NCBI GenBank assembly: GCA_030537495.1
Contig: JAUNMH010000004.1
Coordinates: forward strand, 28,509 to 92,508
Length of the DNA: 64,000 bases
From: Clostridia bacterium
GTDB lineage: Bacteria; Bacillota; Clostridia; Peptostreptococcales; Anaerovoracaceae
Direction of reading: 5' to 3'
The notes under the pieces were generated by a model. The model was not told the origin of the DNA. It ran no database searches and saw nothing but the letters and a program-made list of their open reading frames with translations. Positions 49,135 to 58,681 of the stretch are shown here, piece after piece (position 1 is the stretch's first letter; each line of letters opens with the position of its first letter). Both the position numbers and the translations under genes were made by a program.

Positions 49135-49728
49135 TTAATCCTCCAGGATTTTTTCAATTTCCTCTATCAAAACATCGCACCCCGTCTTCTTAAGTGAAGA
49201 AACAGGAATAACCTTGTCCTCCTTGGACAGCTCCAGAGTTTTTCTAATCATCGCTATATTCTTCTGAGCCTCGTTTCTGGAGACTTTGTCAGCTTTGGTG
49301 CAGACAACGATACCGTCCAGACCGTAATGCTTCAGATAGTTGTACATCTGAACGTCCTGAGCAGACGGCTTATGCCTGATATCCACAAGCTGAACTACTT
49401 TCTTCAGACCCTCTCTTTTCTGGAAATATGTTTCCATCATGTCGCCCCAGTTTTCGGACATTGACTTAGAAACCTTGGCATAGCCGTATCCGGGCAGGTC
49501 TACTATTCTAAATTCATCGTTAATGATATAGAAGTTGATTGTTCTTGTCTTTCCCGGACTGCCGCTGACCCTGGCCAGCTTCTTACGACCAGTTATAAGG
49601 TTCAAAAGCGATGACTTTCCAACGTTAGAGCGTCCTGCGAAGGCAATTTCCTTCATATCATCGGGCGGATACTGGCTGGGCTTAACCGCAACCGTATCCA
49701 AATCTGATTTTACTATTCTTAGTGCCAT
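49135..49728 (-). CDS. engB: Ribosome biogenesis GTPase YihA/YsxC
   Basis: GRSNVGKSS, DLPGYGY and TKADK motifs. Confidence 0.96.
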   Translation of the reverse strand: MALRIVKSDLDTVAVKPSQYPPDDMKEIAFAGRSNVGKSSLLNLITGRKKLARVSGSPGKTRTINFYIINDEFRIVDLPGYGYAKVSKSMSENWGDMMETYFQKREGLKKVVQLVDIRHKPSAQDVQMYNYLKHYGLDGIVVCTKADKVSRNEAQKNIAMIRKTLELSKEDKVIPVSSLKKTGCDVLIEEIEKILED

Positions 49729-49737
49729 AATCCTTCC

Positions 49738-52065
49738 CTACTTTACTAACGCTTCTTCCAAAGCTCTGTCCACATTATCGATCAAAACAAATTCGAGCTG
49801 CTTTCTCACTGCCTGTGGAATATCATCGATGTCTCTCTCGTTTTCCTTCGGCAGAAGAATCTTCTTGATTCCCGCTCTATGCGCAGCCAGAACCTTTTCT
49901 CTAATACCACCAACAGGCATTACCTTTCCTAAAAGGGAAATTTCTCCTGTCATGGCAACATCACGTCTCACAGGTGTCTTGGTCAAAGCAGATATAAGCG
50001 CAGTGCACATTGTAACACCTGCTGAAGGTCCGTCCTTTGGAACAGCACCTTCTGGAACGTGTATATGAATATCATATTTCTTGTAAAACTCGTTGTCAAT
50101 TCCAAGTTTGTCGCTGATTGAGCGAATATAGCTTAGTCCGGCCTTTGCAGATTCCTGCATTACATCGCCAAGCTGACCTGTAAGCTGAAGCTTACCGCTT
50201 CCCGGAACCACTGCAGTTTCAATCTGCAGCGTGTCTCCACCAACCGCAGTCCAGGCCATTCCTGTCGTTACACCAATCTGATTTTCACCTTCAACAACGT
50301 CGTAGTGGAATTTCTTCTTTCCAAGATACTTTTCCAAATTGCTCTGCGTAATTGAGCATGATTTCACATCCTCAGTTACAATTCTCTTGGCAGTCTTTCT
50401 GCAAAGATTTGCAATTTCTCTTTCCAGATTACGAACCCCAGATTCTCTTGTATAGTAATTGATTACATCTCTAAGTGCCTTCTCCGAAATCTTCAGATTT
50501 TCAAGCTTCAGAGCATGTTCCTTAATCTGCTTAGGAATCAGATATTTCTGAGCAATCTTTACCTTTTCCTCTTCTGTATAACCTGAAACTTCAACAACTT
50601 CCATTCTGTCCAGAAGTGGTCTTGGAATAGTATCAATCGAGTTTGCAGTAGTTATAAACATTACCTTTGAAAGGTCGAAAGGTACTTCAAGGAAGTGGTC
50701 CGTAAAGGTATTATTCTGCTCAGGGTCTAAAACTTCTAGAAGTGCAGACGCCGGATCTCCCTTAAAGTCCGCACCAATCTTATCAACTTCATCCAACAAG
50801 AAAACAGGATTGTTTTTGCCCGCATCCTTTATGCATGAAATGACTCTTCCTGGAATTGCTCCAATATATGTTCTTCTATGTCCTCTAATTTCTGCTTCGT
50901 CTCTTACTCCACCCAGGGACATTCTTACAAATTCTCTTCCGGACGCTCTTGCAATGGATCTTGCAATACTTGTCTTACCAACCCCTGGAGGGCCTACTAG
51001 ACAGATAATCGGTCCCTTAATTGCCTTTGATAAATGTACAACTGCCAGGTATTCCAGAATTCTTTCCTTAACTTTTTCCATACCGTAATGGTCTTCGTTT
51101 AAGATTTCCTCAGCACGCTTTAGGTCAACATTGACTTTGGAAGCTTTGTTCCATGGAAGCGCCAAAATGTTTTCAACGTAATTTCTGATAACAGCCGCCT
51201 CTGCAGAAGACGGTGCCATCTTTGAAAACTTGCTGATTTCTTTCTTAACTTTTTCGGATGTCTTCTTCGGAAGTTTCAGCTTCTCTAATGCCTCAATCCA
51301 CTCGTTTGCCTCGACGCCCGCATCCTCTGCAACGCCTAGCTCTTCCTGGATTGCCTTTATCTTTTCACGAAGGAAATATTCCTTCTGGTTTGCATCCACA
51401 TTTTCCTTAACCTTGCGGGCAATATCCTGTTCCACCTCCGCAATGCTGTTTTCCTCAGCCAGGATTGACGTCAGCTCCAGAATTCGCTCTGAGAAAGACA
51501 TGTTCTCCAGAATCTTCTGTTTCACGCTTGTGTGCACAAGGAGTTCGTTGGCCATTCTGTCTGCAACAGCAACAGGGTCGTCTCCTGAAAGGCACTTGTC
51601 CACTGCATCTCCGCTAATCTGGTTATTCTGCGCATAATCAAGGAACTGGTCGATCAAAACTCTCATAGTCGCCTTATCTTCTGTGCTCATATCATCATCT
51701 GTAATTTCCTCATGGAAAGTTTTGATATGGCAGGAAAGGTAATCTTCCTCGGACATTGGCATTGTAATGGCAGCTCTTGAAATTCCCTCTACTAGAACTC
51801 TAACTGCATCTCCCTGAATTTTCAGCATCTGCTTTATCTTAACCAGGGTGCCGTATTCATATATGTCATTAAACGTTGGGATTAAAATATCCTCATCTTC
51901 CTGTGTCGCCACAAAGAGCAACTTGTCATCCGCCATGGCTTTTTCTAAAGCTCTGATGGATTTCTCTCTTCCTATATCAAAATGAACAACTGTCTTTGGA
52001 AAAATTGTTACTCCTCTTAGAGCGATGCAGGGAAATATTCTCTCTTCAAATTTTTCTTCACACAT
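49738..52065 (-). CDS. lon: Lon protease
   Basis: GPPGVGKTS, HRRTYIGA and PKDGPSAG motifs. GGAGG RBS before ATG 52065. Confidence 0.97.
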   Translation of the reverse strand: MCEEKFEERIFPCIALRGVTIFPKTVVHFDIGREKSIRALEKAMADDKLLFVATQEDEDILIPTFNDIYEYGTLVKIKQMLKIQGDAVRVLVEGISRAAITMPMSEEDYLSCHIKTFHEEITDDDMSTEDKATMRVLIDQFLDYAQNNQISGDAVDKCLSGDDPVAVADRMANELLVHTSVKQKILENMSFSERILELTSILAEENSIAEVEQDIARKVKENVDANQKEYFLREKIKAIQEELGVAEDAGVEANEWIEALEKLKLPKKTSEKVKKEISKFSKMAPSSAEAAVIRNYVENILALPWNKASKVNVDLKRAEEILNEDHYGMEKVKERILEYLAVVHLSKAIKGPIICLVGPPGVGKTSIARSIARASGREFVRMSLGGVRDEAEIRGHRRTYIGAIPGRVISCIKDAGKNNPVFLLDEVDKIGADFKGDPASALLEVLDPEQNNTFTDHFLEVPFDLSKVMFITTANSIDTIPRPLLDRMEVVEVSGYTEEEKVKIAQKYLIPKQIKEHALKLENLKISEKALRDVINYYTRESGVRNLEREIANLCRKTAKRIVTEDVKSCSITQSNLEKYLGKKKFHYDVVEGENQIGVTTGMAWTAVGGDTLQIETAVVPGSGKLQLTGQLGDVMQESAKAGLSYIRSISDKLGIDNEFYKKYDIHIHVPEGAVPKDGPSAGVTMCTALISALTKTPVRRDVAMTGEISLLGKVMPVGGIREKVLAAHRAGIKKILLPKENERDIDDIPQAVRKQLEFVLIDNVDRALEEALVK

Positions 52066-52158
52066 TTCCTCATCCTCCAATAAATCTGTTGTTTGTTTGG
52101 GTTCTGCTAGTTTTGCCCGCCGGCGGCTCCGCCGCAGTGTCTGCAAAATAGCAGAAAG

Positions 52159-52202
52159 GTCTCATATTTTCAGTAGACTATAGTGGACTAAAAATATGAG
52201 AC
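52159..52202 (-). terminator. Hairpin between clpX and lon
   Basis: GTCTCATATTTT / AAAATATGAGAC. Confidence 0.65.
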
Positions 52203-52208
52203 TTATTC

Positions 52209-53537
52209 TTACGAGGCGTTAGCCGCCCCCTTATCATCCTTATCGTCATTCAAATTTGCAGGATTTGCATCCTTCAAATTTTCTCTCAAAACCAATTCGG
52301 GTTCCTTTTTCTCCTCAATGGTTTCCTTAGTAATAATGCATTTTTCAACATCTTTACGAGAAGGCAGTTCAAACATTATGTCCGTCATAGCGTCCTCAAA
52401 GATACTTCTCAGACCTCTAGCTCCTGTCTTTCTCTCAATTGCTTTTTTCGCAATTGCGCGTACTGCATCATCTTCAATATCAAGTTCAACATCATCAAGC
52501 TCGAACAACTTCTTGTACTGCTTAATAAGTGAATTCTTTGGTTCCTTCATAATTGTAATCAGAGTCTCTTCAGTAAGTTCATCTAAAGTTACAATTACAG
52601 GAAGTCTTCCGATTAATTCAGGAATCAAACCAAACTTCATCAGGTCGCCTGGTTCAATCTTTGATAAAATGTTCTCATCATCCTCAACGGCTTTTGCTTG
52701 AACATTTGAATTGAAACCAATAACCTTTTCACCCATTCTTCTCTGAATAATCTTATCCATGCCGTCGAAGGCACCTCCGCAGATAAACAGAACATTAGTA
52801 GTGTCAAACTGGATGAATTCCTGCTGAGGGTGCTTACGACCTCCCTGAGGTGGCACGTTAGCAACTGTTCCCTCTATAATTTTCAGAAGTGCCTGCTGAA
52901 CACCTTCGCCGCTTACATCTCTTGTAATGGAAGGATTCTCAGATTTTCTAGCAATTTTGTCGATTTCATCGACATAAATAATGCCCTTCTGTGCCTTTTC
53001 TATATCGTAATCTGCCGCCTGTAAAAGTCTAAGCAGAATGTTTTCAACGTCTTCACCAACATATCCAGCTTCTGTAAGTGCTGTGGCATCTGCAATAGCA
53101 AATGGCACATTAAGAAGTCTTGCAAGTGTCTGCGCAAGAAGAGTCTTACCTGAACCTGTCGGCCCAACCATTACTATATTACTCTTCTGAAGTTCCACAT
53201 CACCTGACAGCTTTTCCTTATTCTTTCCGCCGATATTGTTGATTCTCTTATAATGATTATATACTGCAACAGCCAGTGCCTTCTTTGCTAAATCCTGACC
53301 GATTACATAATCAGATAAAATCTCATATATTTCTTTTGGTTTTGGAAGTTCAAACTTAACTTCCTCTGATGGATGTCCTTTATCATTTACGACTGCATCG
53401 GAAATAATGTCCATACACATTTCCACGCACTCATCGCAGATATACACACCGGGTCCTGCTATAAGACGCTGAACCTGGTCCTGTGACTTGCCACAAAAAG
53501 AACATCTCAGCTGATTGTTTTCATCATACTTGCTCAT
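52209..53537 (-). CDS. clpX: ATP-dependent Clp protease ATP-binding subunit
   Basis: CSFCGK zinc finger, [16 protein letters not shown] and GARGLR. Confidence 0.98.
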   Translation of the reverse strand: MSKYDENNQLRCSFCGKSQDQVQRLIAGPGVYICDECVEMCMDIISDAVVNDKGHPSEEVKFELPKPKEIYEILSDYVIGQDLAKKALAVAVYNHYKRINNIGGKNKEKLSGDVELQKSNIVMVGPTGSGKTLLAQTLARLLNVPFAIADATALTEAGYVGEDVENILLRLLQAADYDIEKAQKGIIYVDEIDKIARKSENPSITRDVSGEGVQQALLKIIEGTVANVPPQGGRKHPQQEFIQFDTTNVLFICGGAFDGMDKIIQRRMGEKVIGFNSNVQAKAVEDDENILSKIEPGDLMKFGLIPELIGRLPVIVTLDELTEETLITIMKEPKNSLIKQYKKLFELDDVELDIEDDAVRAIAKKAIERKTGARGLRSIFEDAMTDIMFELPSRKDVEKCIITKETIEEKKEPELVLRENLKDANPANLNDDKDDKGAANAS

Positions 53538-53601
53538 ATAATTCCCCCTAAACTAATGCCTTACTCATGCGTTTAATCTTGCCTGCGCCTGATTTCATGT
53601 A

Positions 53602-54183
53602 TTACTTGTGCGCAATTACCTGGTCAATAAGTCCGTAACTCTGAGCATCTTCTGCACTCATAAAGTTATCGCGATCTGTATCCCTCTCAATAGTAGCAAG
53701 ATTCTGTCCGGTGTTAGCGCTCAAAATCTTATTAAGCTTTTCTCTGGTTTTGATAATCCACTCTGCGTGAATCATAATGTCAGAAGCCTGACCCTGTGCT
53801 CCGCCTAGCGGCTGATGAATCATAACCTCCGCGTTAGGTAATGCATATCTCTTTCCTTTAGCTCCGGACGACAGAAGGAATGCTCCCATGCTTGCTGCCA
53901 TTCCAACACAAATCGTTGAAACGTCACACTTTATATACTGCATGGTGTCATAAATAGCCATACCGGCGGTTACTGAACCGCCGGGGCTATTGATGTAAAT
54001 ACAAATATCTTTCTCCGGATCCTCTGCTTCCAAGAATAGCAACTGGGCCACAACCAGACTTGCAATATCATCATTGATTTCTCCGCTCAACATGATAATT
54101 CTATCCTTCAACAATCTAGAATAGATGTCGTAGGATCTTTCCCCTTTACCTGTCTGTTCAATTACGTATGGTACTAAAGCCAT
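53602..54183 (-). CDS. clpP: ATP-dependent Clp protease proteolytic subunit
   Basis: [14 protein letters not shown] and MIHQPLGG motifs. Confidence 0.98.
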   Translation of the reverse strand: MALVPYVIEQTGKGERSYDIYSRLLKDRIIMLSGEINDDIASLVVAQLLFLEAEDPEKDICIYINSPGGSVTAGMAIYDTMQYIKCDVSTICVGMAASMGAFLLSSGAKGKRYALPNAEVMIHQPLGGAQGQASDIMIHAEWIIKTREKLNKILSANTGQNLATIERDTDRDNFMSAEDAQSYGLIDQVIAHK

Positions 54184-54223
54184 TCTTTCTCCCCCTTAAT
54201 AAATATCTGTATATTCGTAGTTA

Positions 54224-55552
54224 TTATTCTTCTTCAGCTACTGGTTCAACAACAGTCTTTTCCTTAACCATTTTTACGTTAGCATTGTCATAGATTAAGT
54301 CGATTGCCTTCTTAACCATTAAGTCCTTACCGAAGAATGACATGTTATCTTCTCCGATCATGCTTCTAACCTGTTCTTCTGGAACATTGTAAAGTGAAGC
54401 CATTTCCTTAATTTCAGCATCCATTTCTTCAGTTGTAACTTCAATGTTTTCTGCATCAGCAATTGAAAGAAGGATGATTCTTGTAGCAACTCTCTTAGTT
54501 GCATCTGCTCTTAATTCATCTCTGAATTCAGCCATGTCCTTCTGCATGAACTGTAAGTACTGCTGAAGTCCTAGACCCTGGTAGCTTAACTGACGGTTAA
54601 GTTCCTGAGCCATTGAATCGATTTCATCTTCAACAAGGTTCTTTGGAGCGTCAATTTCGTTAGCCTGGTAAACCTTTTCGATTGCATCGTTCTTAGCTTC
54701 GTTTAAAGTCTGATCCTTTGCATACTTTTCTAATTTTTCTTCGATTGACTTCTTTAATTCGTCAAGAGTATCGAATTCGCTTACGTCCTTTGCAAATTCA
54801 TCATCAAGTTCTGGAAGCTGTTCTTCCTTTACTTCATGCACTGTGCAGTGGAATACTGCTTCTTTTCCAGCTAAATCTTCAGCGTGGTATTCTTCTGGGA
54901 AAGTAACCTTTACGTCAACTGCTTCTCCAGCCTTTGCACCAACTAACTGTTCTTCAAATCCAGGGATGAACATTCCTGAACCGATCTTAAGTTCCTGATT
55001 TTCTGCAGTGCCGCCTTCGAACTGGTCGTCACCAACAAAACCAGCATAGTCAAGAATTACTGTATCTCCATCCTTAACTTCTCTTTCAACAGTTACAACT
55101 CTTGCATTTCTCTTCTGCATAGCCTTAACTTCGTTGTCAACGTCTTCAGCCTTAACAGCTGCTTCAACCTGTTCAACTTCTACACCCTTGTAGTCCTTGA
55201 TTTCTACGATTGGGAATACGCCAACTGTAATAGTTACTGTAAGTGGCTTGCCGTGTCCGATTTCGCTGAAATCAGCAGCTGGGCTTTCGATTACTTCTAA
55301 ATCTAATTCCTTAATTGCGGCAGGATAAGCTTCCTGGAACATGTTGTTAATAGCGTCTTCAAAGAAGATTCCTTCTCCGTAGTGCTTTTCAATAATGCTT
55401 CTTGGAGCCTTACCTTTTCTAAAACCATCAATTACAAACTGGTCCTTGCTTGCCTGATAAGCCTTAACCACTGCAGCATCAAATTCTTCTGCTGTGAATT
55501 CCATTGTAAACTTCACAACATTGTTTTCCTTTGAAAGAAGTGTTGTTTTCAT
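54224..55552 (-). CDS. tig: Trigger factor
   Basis: GFRKGKAP motif and FKBP domain (FIPGFEEQL, FPEEYHAEDL). Confidence 0.97.
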   Translation of the reverse strand: MKTTLLSKENNVVKFTMEFTAEEFDAAVVKAYQASKDQFVIDGFRKGKAPRSIIEKHYGEGIFFEDAINNMFQEAYPAAIKELDLEVIESPAADFSEIGHGKPLTVTITVGVFPIVEIKDYKGVEVEQVEAAVKAEDVDNEVKAMQKRNARVVTVEREVKDGDTVILDYAGFVGDDQFEGGTAENQELKIGSGMFIPGFEEQLVGAKAGEAVDVKVTFPEEYHAEDLAGKEAVFHCTVHEVKEEQLPELDDEFAKDVSEFDTLDELKKSIEEKLEKYAKDQTLNEAKNDAIEKVYQANEIDAPKNLVEDEIDSMAQELNRQLSYQGLGLQQYLQFMQKDMAEFRDELRADATKRVATRIILLSIADAENIEVTTEEMDAEIKEMASLYNVPEEQVRSMIGEDNMSFFGKDLMVKKAIDLIYDNANVKMVKEKTVVEPVAEEE

Positions 55553-55603
55553 TAATATATGTCCTCCTAAATTATTATCATTCGTTACGCATAGGCGTTA
55601 TAT

Positions 55604-55632
55604 ATTATATACTCTTTTTATCCGAAAGTAAA
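55604..55632 (-). promoter_or_regulatory. Probable sigma70 promoter of tig, overlapping the CYTH 3' end
   Basis: TTTACT-17-TATAAT. Confidence 0.55.
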
Positions 55633-56237
55633 GCTAAACCTCGCTTGAATTTGCTTGTATTCTCGGGATTTAGGCCATATTTTTCCGCAATTTCGTTTCC
55701 AAGGGCGGTCATATCCTCCTCGTCTCCCGAATAAAGTTCCAATTCCATCTCGCAAATAGGTGTCTCTCCACCTGCAGCTCTCACAAAGCCCCTGTCTGCT
55801 GACAACACGCAAATTGATTTTCCCGTATCCAGCCTAACCTGCTTTCTCGTGAATTCTACCGTCATCAAGTCATGCAACTCCTCATCTCCCACAAGACTCC
55901 CCAGTTCTCCGCCGACTTCGTCCTGGTTGAATATGGCAATGGTCGGAGTCTTTGCTTCTTCATCATCAAGGGTTATATTGAGTTCCTGCCTCTTATGCAT
56001 CCCCTCTGATGAGGTTCCTGCCCATTTTAGAGTTGCAATATATTCATTCCCCTCCTGCCTAATTCTAAACGCAAAACCTGCTTTTCTCAGTTTTTGATCT
56101 TTCGTATCATAAAAAACAGCCTTCATCGGAATCTTCTCTTCCGTATTCTCATCCTTATAACGCCTTACTTTTTCATCATTAAAAATCTCTTCTGCCACGG
56201 CCCACTCAGCCATAGTGTACTTTAATTCTATTTCCAT
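55605..56237 (-). CDS. CYTH-domain (triphosphate tunnel) protein
   Basis: MEIELKY (ExExK), FRIR and CEMELEL motifs. Confidence 0.92.
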   Translation of the reverse strand: MEIELKYTMAEWAVAEEIFNDEKVRRYKDENTEEKIPMKAVFYDTKDQKLRKAGFAFRIRQEGNEYIATLKWAGTSSEGMHKRQELNITLDDEEAKTPTIAIFNQDEVGGELGSLVGDEELHDLMTVEFTRKQVRLDTGKSICVLSADRGFVRAAGGETPICEMELELYSGDEEDMTALGNEIAEKYGLNPENTSKFKRGLALLSDKKSI

Positions 56238-56265
56238 AAATCTCAGTCTCCTTTATGCTTTCGGT

Positions 56266-56294
56266 ATTTTAGCACAAACCCCCAGCGCAATCAA
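56266..56294 (-). promoter_or_regulatory. sigma70 promoter of the CYTH gene, with -35 inside the arm of a GC-rich hairpin
   Basis: TTGATT-17-TGcTAAAAT. Confidence 0.6.
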
Positions 56295-56351
56295 GTGCAA
56301 CTGCGCGCCCCGCGCCTTGCCTGGCGCGTCCGGCTTGCACGCCACCGGGGG
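56279..56351. repeat. GC-rich multi-stem palindrome (REP-like)
   Basis: CCCCC..GTGCAA..CGCGCC-ttgcct-GGCGCG..TTGCAC..GGGGG. Confidence 0.7.
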
Positions 56352-56395
56352 TGTGGCTATGCTCTGCGCCCGATGTACGTGAAAAATGCCAAAAG

Positions 56396-56703
56396 CGGCC
56401 GGGCAAATGCCTGATATCACAATTTATTAAGAAAAGTACCGTGAAACATTTTTGTTTCACGCCCCCTGTGGCAAGGAATCATGAATACGGGCATGTTCAC
56501 TGGAATTTCAAGTCTTTTAACTGATCAAGCATTTAGAACCTAGCTAGGATTTCTCTATATTGCCTCGCTCACCCGGCCGGATTCGGCCAAATTGCTGCTT
56601 GGCGGGCAGTTTTCCATTACATTACAGTAAAAACTAGGTATCTGATAGATGTAGCACCGGTACAAATTTCAAAAATATTCAAAATCGGGCATTTGCCCGG
56701 CCG
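56396..56703. repeat. 20-bp inverted repeat (19/20) bounding a 308-bp segment
   Basis: CGGCCGGGCAAATGCCTGAT (56396-56415) versus ATCGGGCATTTGCCCGGCCG (56684-56703). Confidence 0.85.
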
Positions 56704-56750
56704 TATTAGAAATAAACTTCGAATCGCGGGCGCGGCCATTGAGCGGATTG

Positions 56751-57146
56751 AGAGTCTCGGGCCATTGTGCCTATTTTTCAAAAAAAGGTGCGAAAATTTT
56801 ACGTGAATTTTAAAAAAAATGGAATCGGGTGCAAGTTAGTTTTACCTAACTACCGGTTTATCGAGTCAAGGTATTGAGTTCCATTACATTGTTGTAATTT
56901 TAATCCATTTATTCTAATAACTGTATGGGTTTTCCGACCGAATCCAAGGCCTTCCGACCAGCAAACAAGGCTAGTCATGCCTAACCTTGCACCCCTTCAC
57001 TCAAATTTCAGGAATCATGTCAAAATCCCGCACCTGATTGCTCAAAAAAATCAAATCGCGTAACTTTTTTGCACCCGAATAGGCAACCGCCATAAATCAT
57101 GCCAAATTTGTCACGGTACGGCCAATTTGAGGAATATGGTGCAAAA
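56751..57146. repeat. Degenerate 41-bp repeat array in two inverted arms
   Basis: GCACC at 56989, 57030 and 57071 (period 41). GGTGC at 56787 and 56828 (period 41). Shared internal CAA and AATCATG-like boxes. Confidence 0.75.
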
Positions 57147-57173
57147 GTCTCAGAACCACCACAAAAAACCAAA

Positions 57174-57194
57174 CGGAGTCGCTCCGCGACTCCG
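57174..57194 (-). terminator. Terminator after DUF3842 / the Ni-lar operon
   Basis: CGGAGTCGC-GGA-GCGACTCCG followed by TTTGGTTTTTT. Confidence 0.85.
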
Positions 57195-57240
57195 CACAAA
57201 TTACATATGGCTTTCGTATATCTTTCATGTATCAAAGGAT

Positions 57241-57672
57241 TTATTTGTCAGCTGCGATTTCCACCATCTTTGCAATGGCATCGTCAATGAGTTCAGTGAT
57301 ATTTTGAACGTTTACTCCTGCTACCAGGTTGTCGCATCTGTTCATAGGCAGCAAGATGCGCTCCGCCCTGCTACGCGCAATGGCTAGAGCCATTCTCTCA
57401 GTTACCTCACCTAGCAAGGAATCAGCAATTACAATTCCCAGTGGTCCAATGATTATGTCAGCTCTACGGCACGCCACAACAACAGGGTTTTCTCCTGTTG
57501 CAACATCGTCTGCGCCGCCTTTGAGCATAGCGGCCGTAGCAGTTGCATTAGTTCCTACTGCTAGAATTTCCGCGTCAGGAAATTGCTTGCGCGCAGCCTC
57601 CACTAACTGTCTGCCAAGTCTACCGCCTTGTCCATCTATAACCAAAATTGTCATTTTATCTTCACATCTCAT
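57241..57672 (-). CDS. DUF3842-family protein (Rossmann-like)
   Basis: ILVIDGQGGRLG, AVGTNATATAAMLKGGAD, ATGENP and LLGEVT motifs. Start is 57672 (GAGGTGG RBS) or 57654. Confidence 0.85.
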   Translation of the reverse strand: MRCEDKMTILVIDGQGGRLGRQLVEAARKQFPDAEILAVGTNATATAAMLKGGADDVATGENPVVVACRRADIIIGPLGIVIADSLLGEVTERMALAIARSRAERILLPMNRCDNLVAGVNVQNITELIDDAIAKMVEIAADK

Positions 57673-57707
57673 ACTCCACCTCATATTTTCACCACCAAGG
57701 TTGTCCG

Positions 57708-57862
57708 GTGCCCAGGAATTTCCAGTTCTGCAGCGGATTATCTCTGCCTCAGGGATTTCGCAGAGCTTAGGATTTCCAGCTGCGTCCAGGGATTTCTCCA
57801 TATCCGGGAATTTCTAACTATGCAAAGGATTTCGCGCTGTGCCCAGGGTCCTCCAGTGCTGT
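57708..57862. repeat. Eight spaced copies of an (A/G)GG(A)ATTTC-like core with 8-11-nt variable spacers
   Basis: Cores end at 57722, 57742, 57759, 57776, 57796, 57814, 57833 and 57853. Confidence 0.8.
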
Positions 57863-57863
57863 C

Positions 57864-58598
57864 CTAGCGGCGCTGCATGCACAGTGGCAACTCCAGACCG
57901 TTGGCTTCCATCAGCTCCTTATTGCTAAGGATTTCCTCAGTGGGTCCTGTCGCAATGATTCGTCCATCCGATAATAACACCGTGGTCTCGCAGGTGTCAA
58001 GTATCATGTCAAGGTCGTGAGATGCGATGATTTTCAAGTGATCAAAAGAATTCAAAATATTAATAAGAGCCCTGCGGTTTCGCGGATCCAAGGCAATGGA
58101 AGGTTCGTCCATGAGAATGATATCAGGAGTCATGGACAAAATAGTTGCAATGGAAATAAGTTTTTTCTCGCCACCAGACATTTTGTAAATTTGATTGTTT
58201 TTCAGGTGCGTGGTGCCCGTCAGCTTTAGGGCATACTCAACTCGCGCCTCCACATCAGCTTCACTGAGTCCATAATTTCGTGGCGCAAAAGCAATGTCGT
58301 CATAAGCAGTAGACATGAAAAGCTGACTGTCAGAATCCTGAAAAACGTAGCCGATCTTCCTGCGGATTTCAGCCAGATTCTTCTTTCCCACAGGAATGCC
58401 CATGACTTTAATGGATCCCGAAAATCCAAGGTTCAGTCCCACAAGCATCTTCAGCAAGGTGGACTTTCCCACTCCATTTTCGCCGATGATACCAATAGAA
58501 TCACCATCGCGCAGGTTGAGGTTTATATCCTCAAGCACAGTTTTGCCGCACTCATACGCAAAACTCACATTCTCAATATCAATCCAAGTATCGCTCAT
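57864..58598 (-). CDS. cbiO: ECF transporter ATPase (CbiO/NikO)
   Basis: GENGVGKST, YVFQDSDSQLF, MSGGEKK, DEPS and SHD motifs. Confidence 0.92.
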   Translation of the reverse strand: MSDTWIDIENVSFAYECGKTVLEDINLNLRDGDSIGIIGENGVGKSTLLKMLVGLNLGFSGSIKVMGIPVGKKNLAEIRRKIGYVFQDSDSQLFMSTAYDDIAFAPRNYGLSEADVEARVEYALKLTGTTHLKNNQIYKMSGGEKKLISIATILSMTPDIILMDEPSIALDPRNRRALINILNSFDHLKIIASHDLDMILDTCETTVLLSDGRIIATGPTEEILSNKELMEANGLELPLCMQRR

Positions 58599-58681
58599 CA
58601 AGTTTCTCCCTTTCATAACAGTCAAACATCTCGCCTCAGAGGCGCCTCCCAGTATTTCACATTTCTCATGCGTCGATGGTG

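Noticed and set aside
49135-55552. Novelty in tig-clpP-clpX-lon-yihA
   Set aside because: This is a standard conserved housekeeping order with intact motifs.
56440-56461. Canonical parS site
   Set aside because: The half-sites are in swapped order with a 4-nt gap and do not match TGTTNCACGTGAAACA.
56240-57240. tRNA gene, att site or small CDSs (56269..56460, 57020..57235, 57099..57290, 57127..57387)
   Set aside because: No cloverleaf or T-loop was found. The ORFs lack clear RBSs and protein-like motifs and overlap repeats or the terminator.
57673-57801. N-terminal extension of DUF3842 given by the ORF track
   Set aside because: It merely reads through the spaced-repeat region. Family similarity and the RBS begin near 57672-57654.
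57708-57862. CRISPR array
   Set aside because: Cores are only 9-10 nt and degenerate, spacers are 8-11 nt, and there are no cas genes. Kept as a non-CRISPR repeat.
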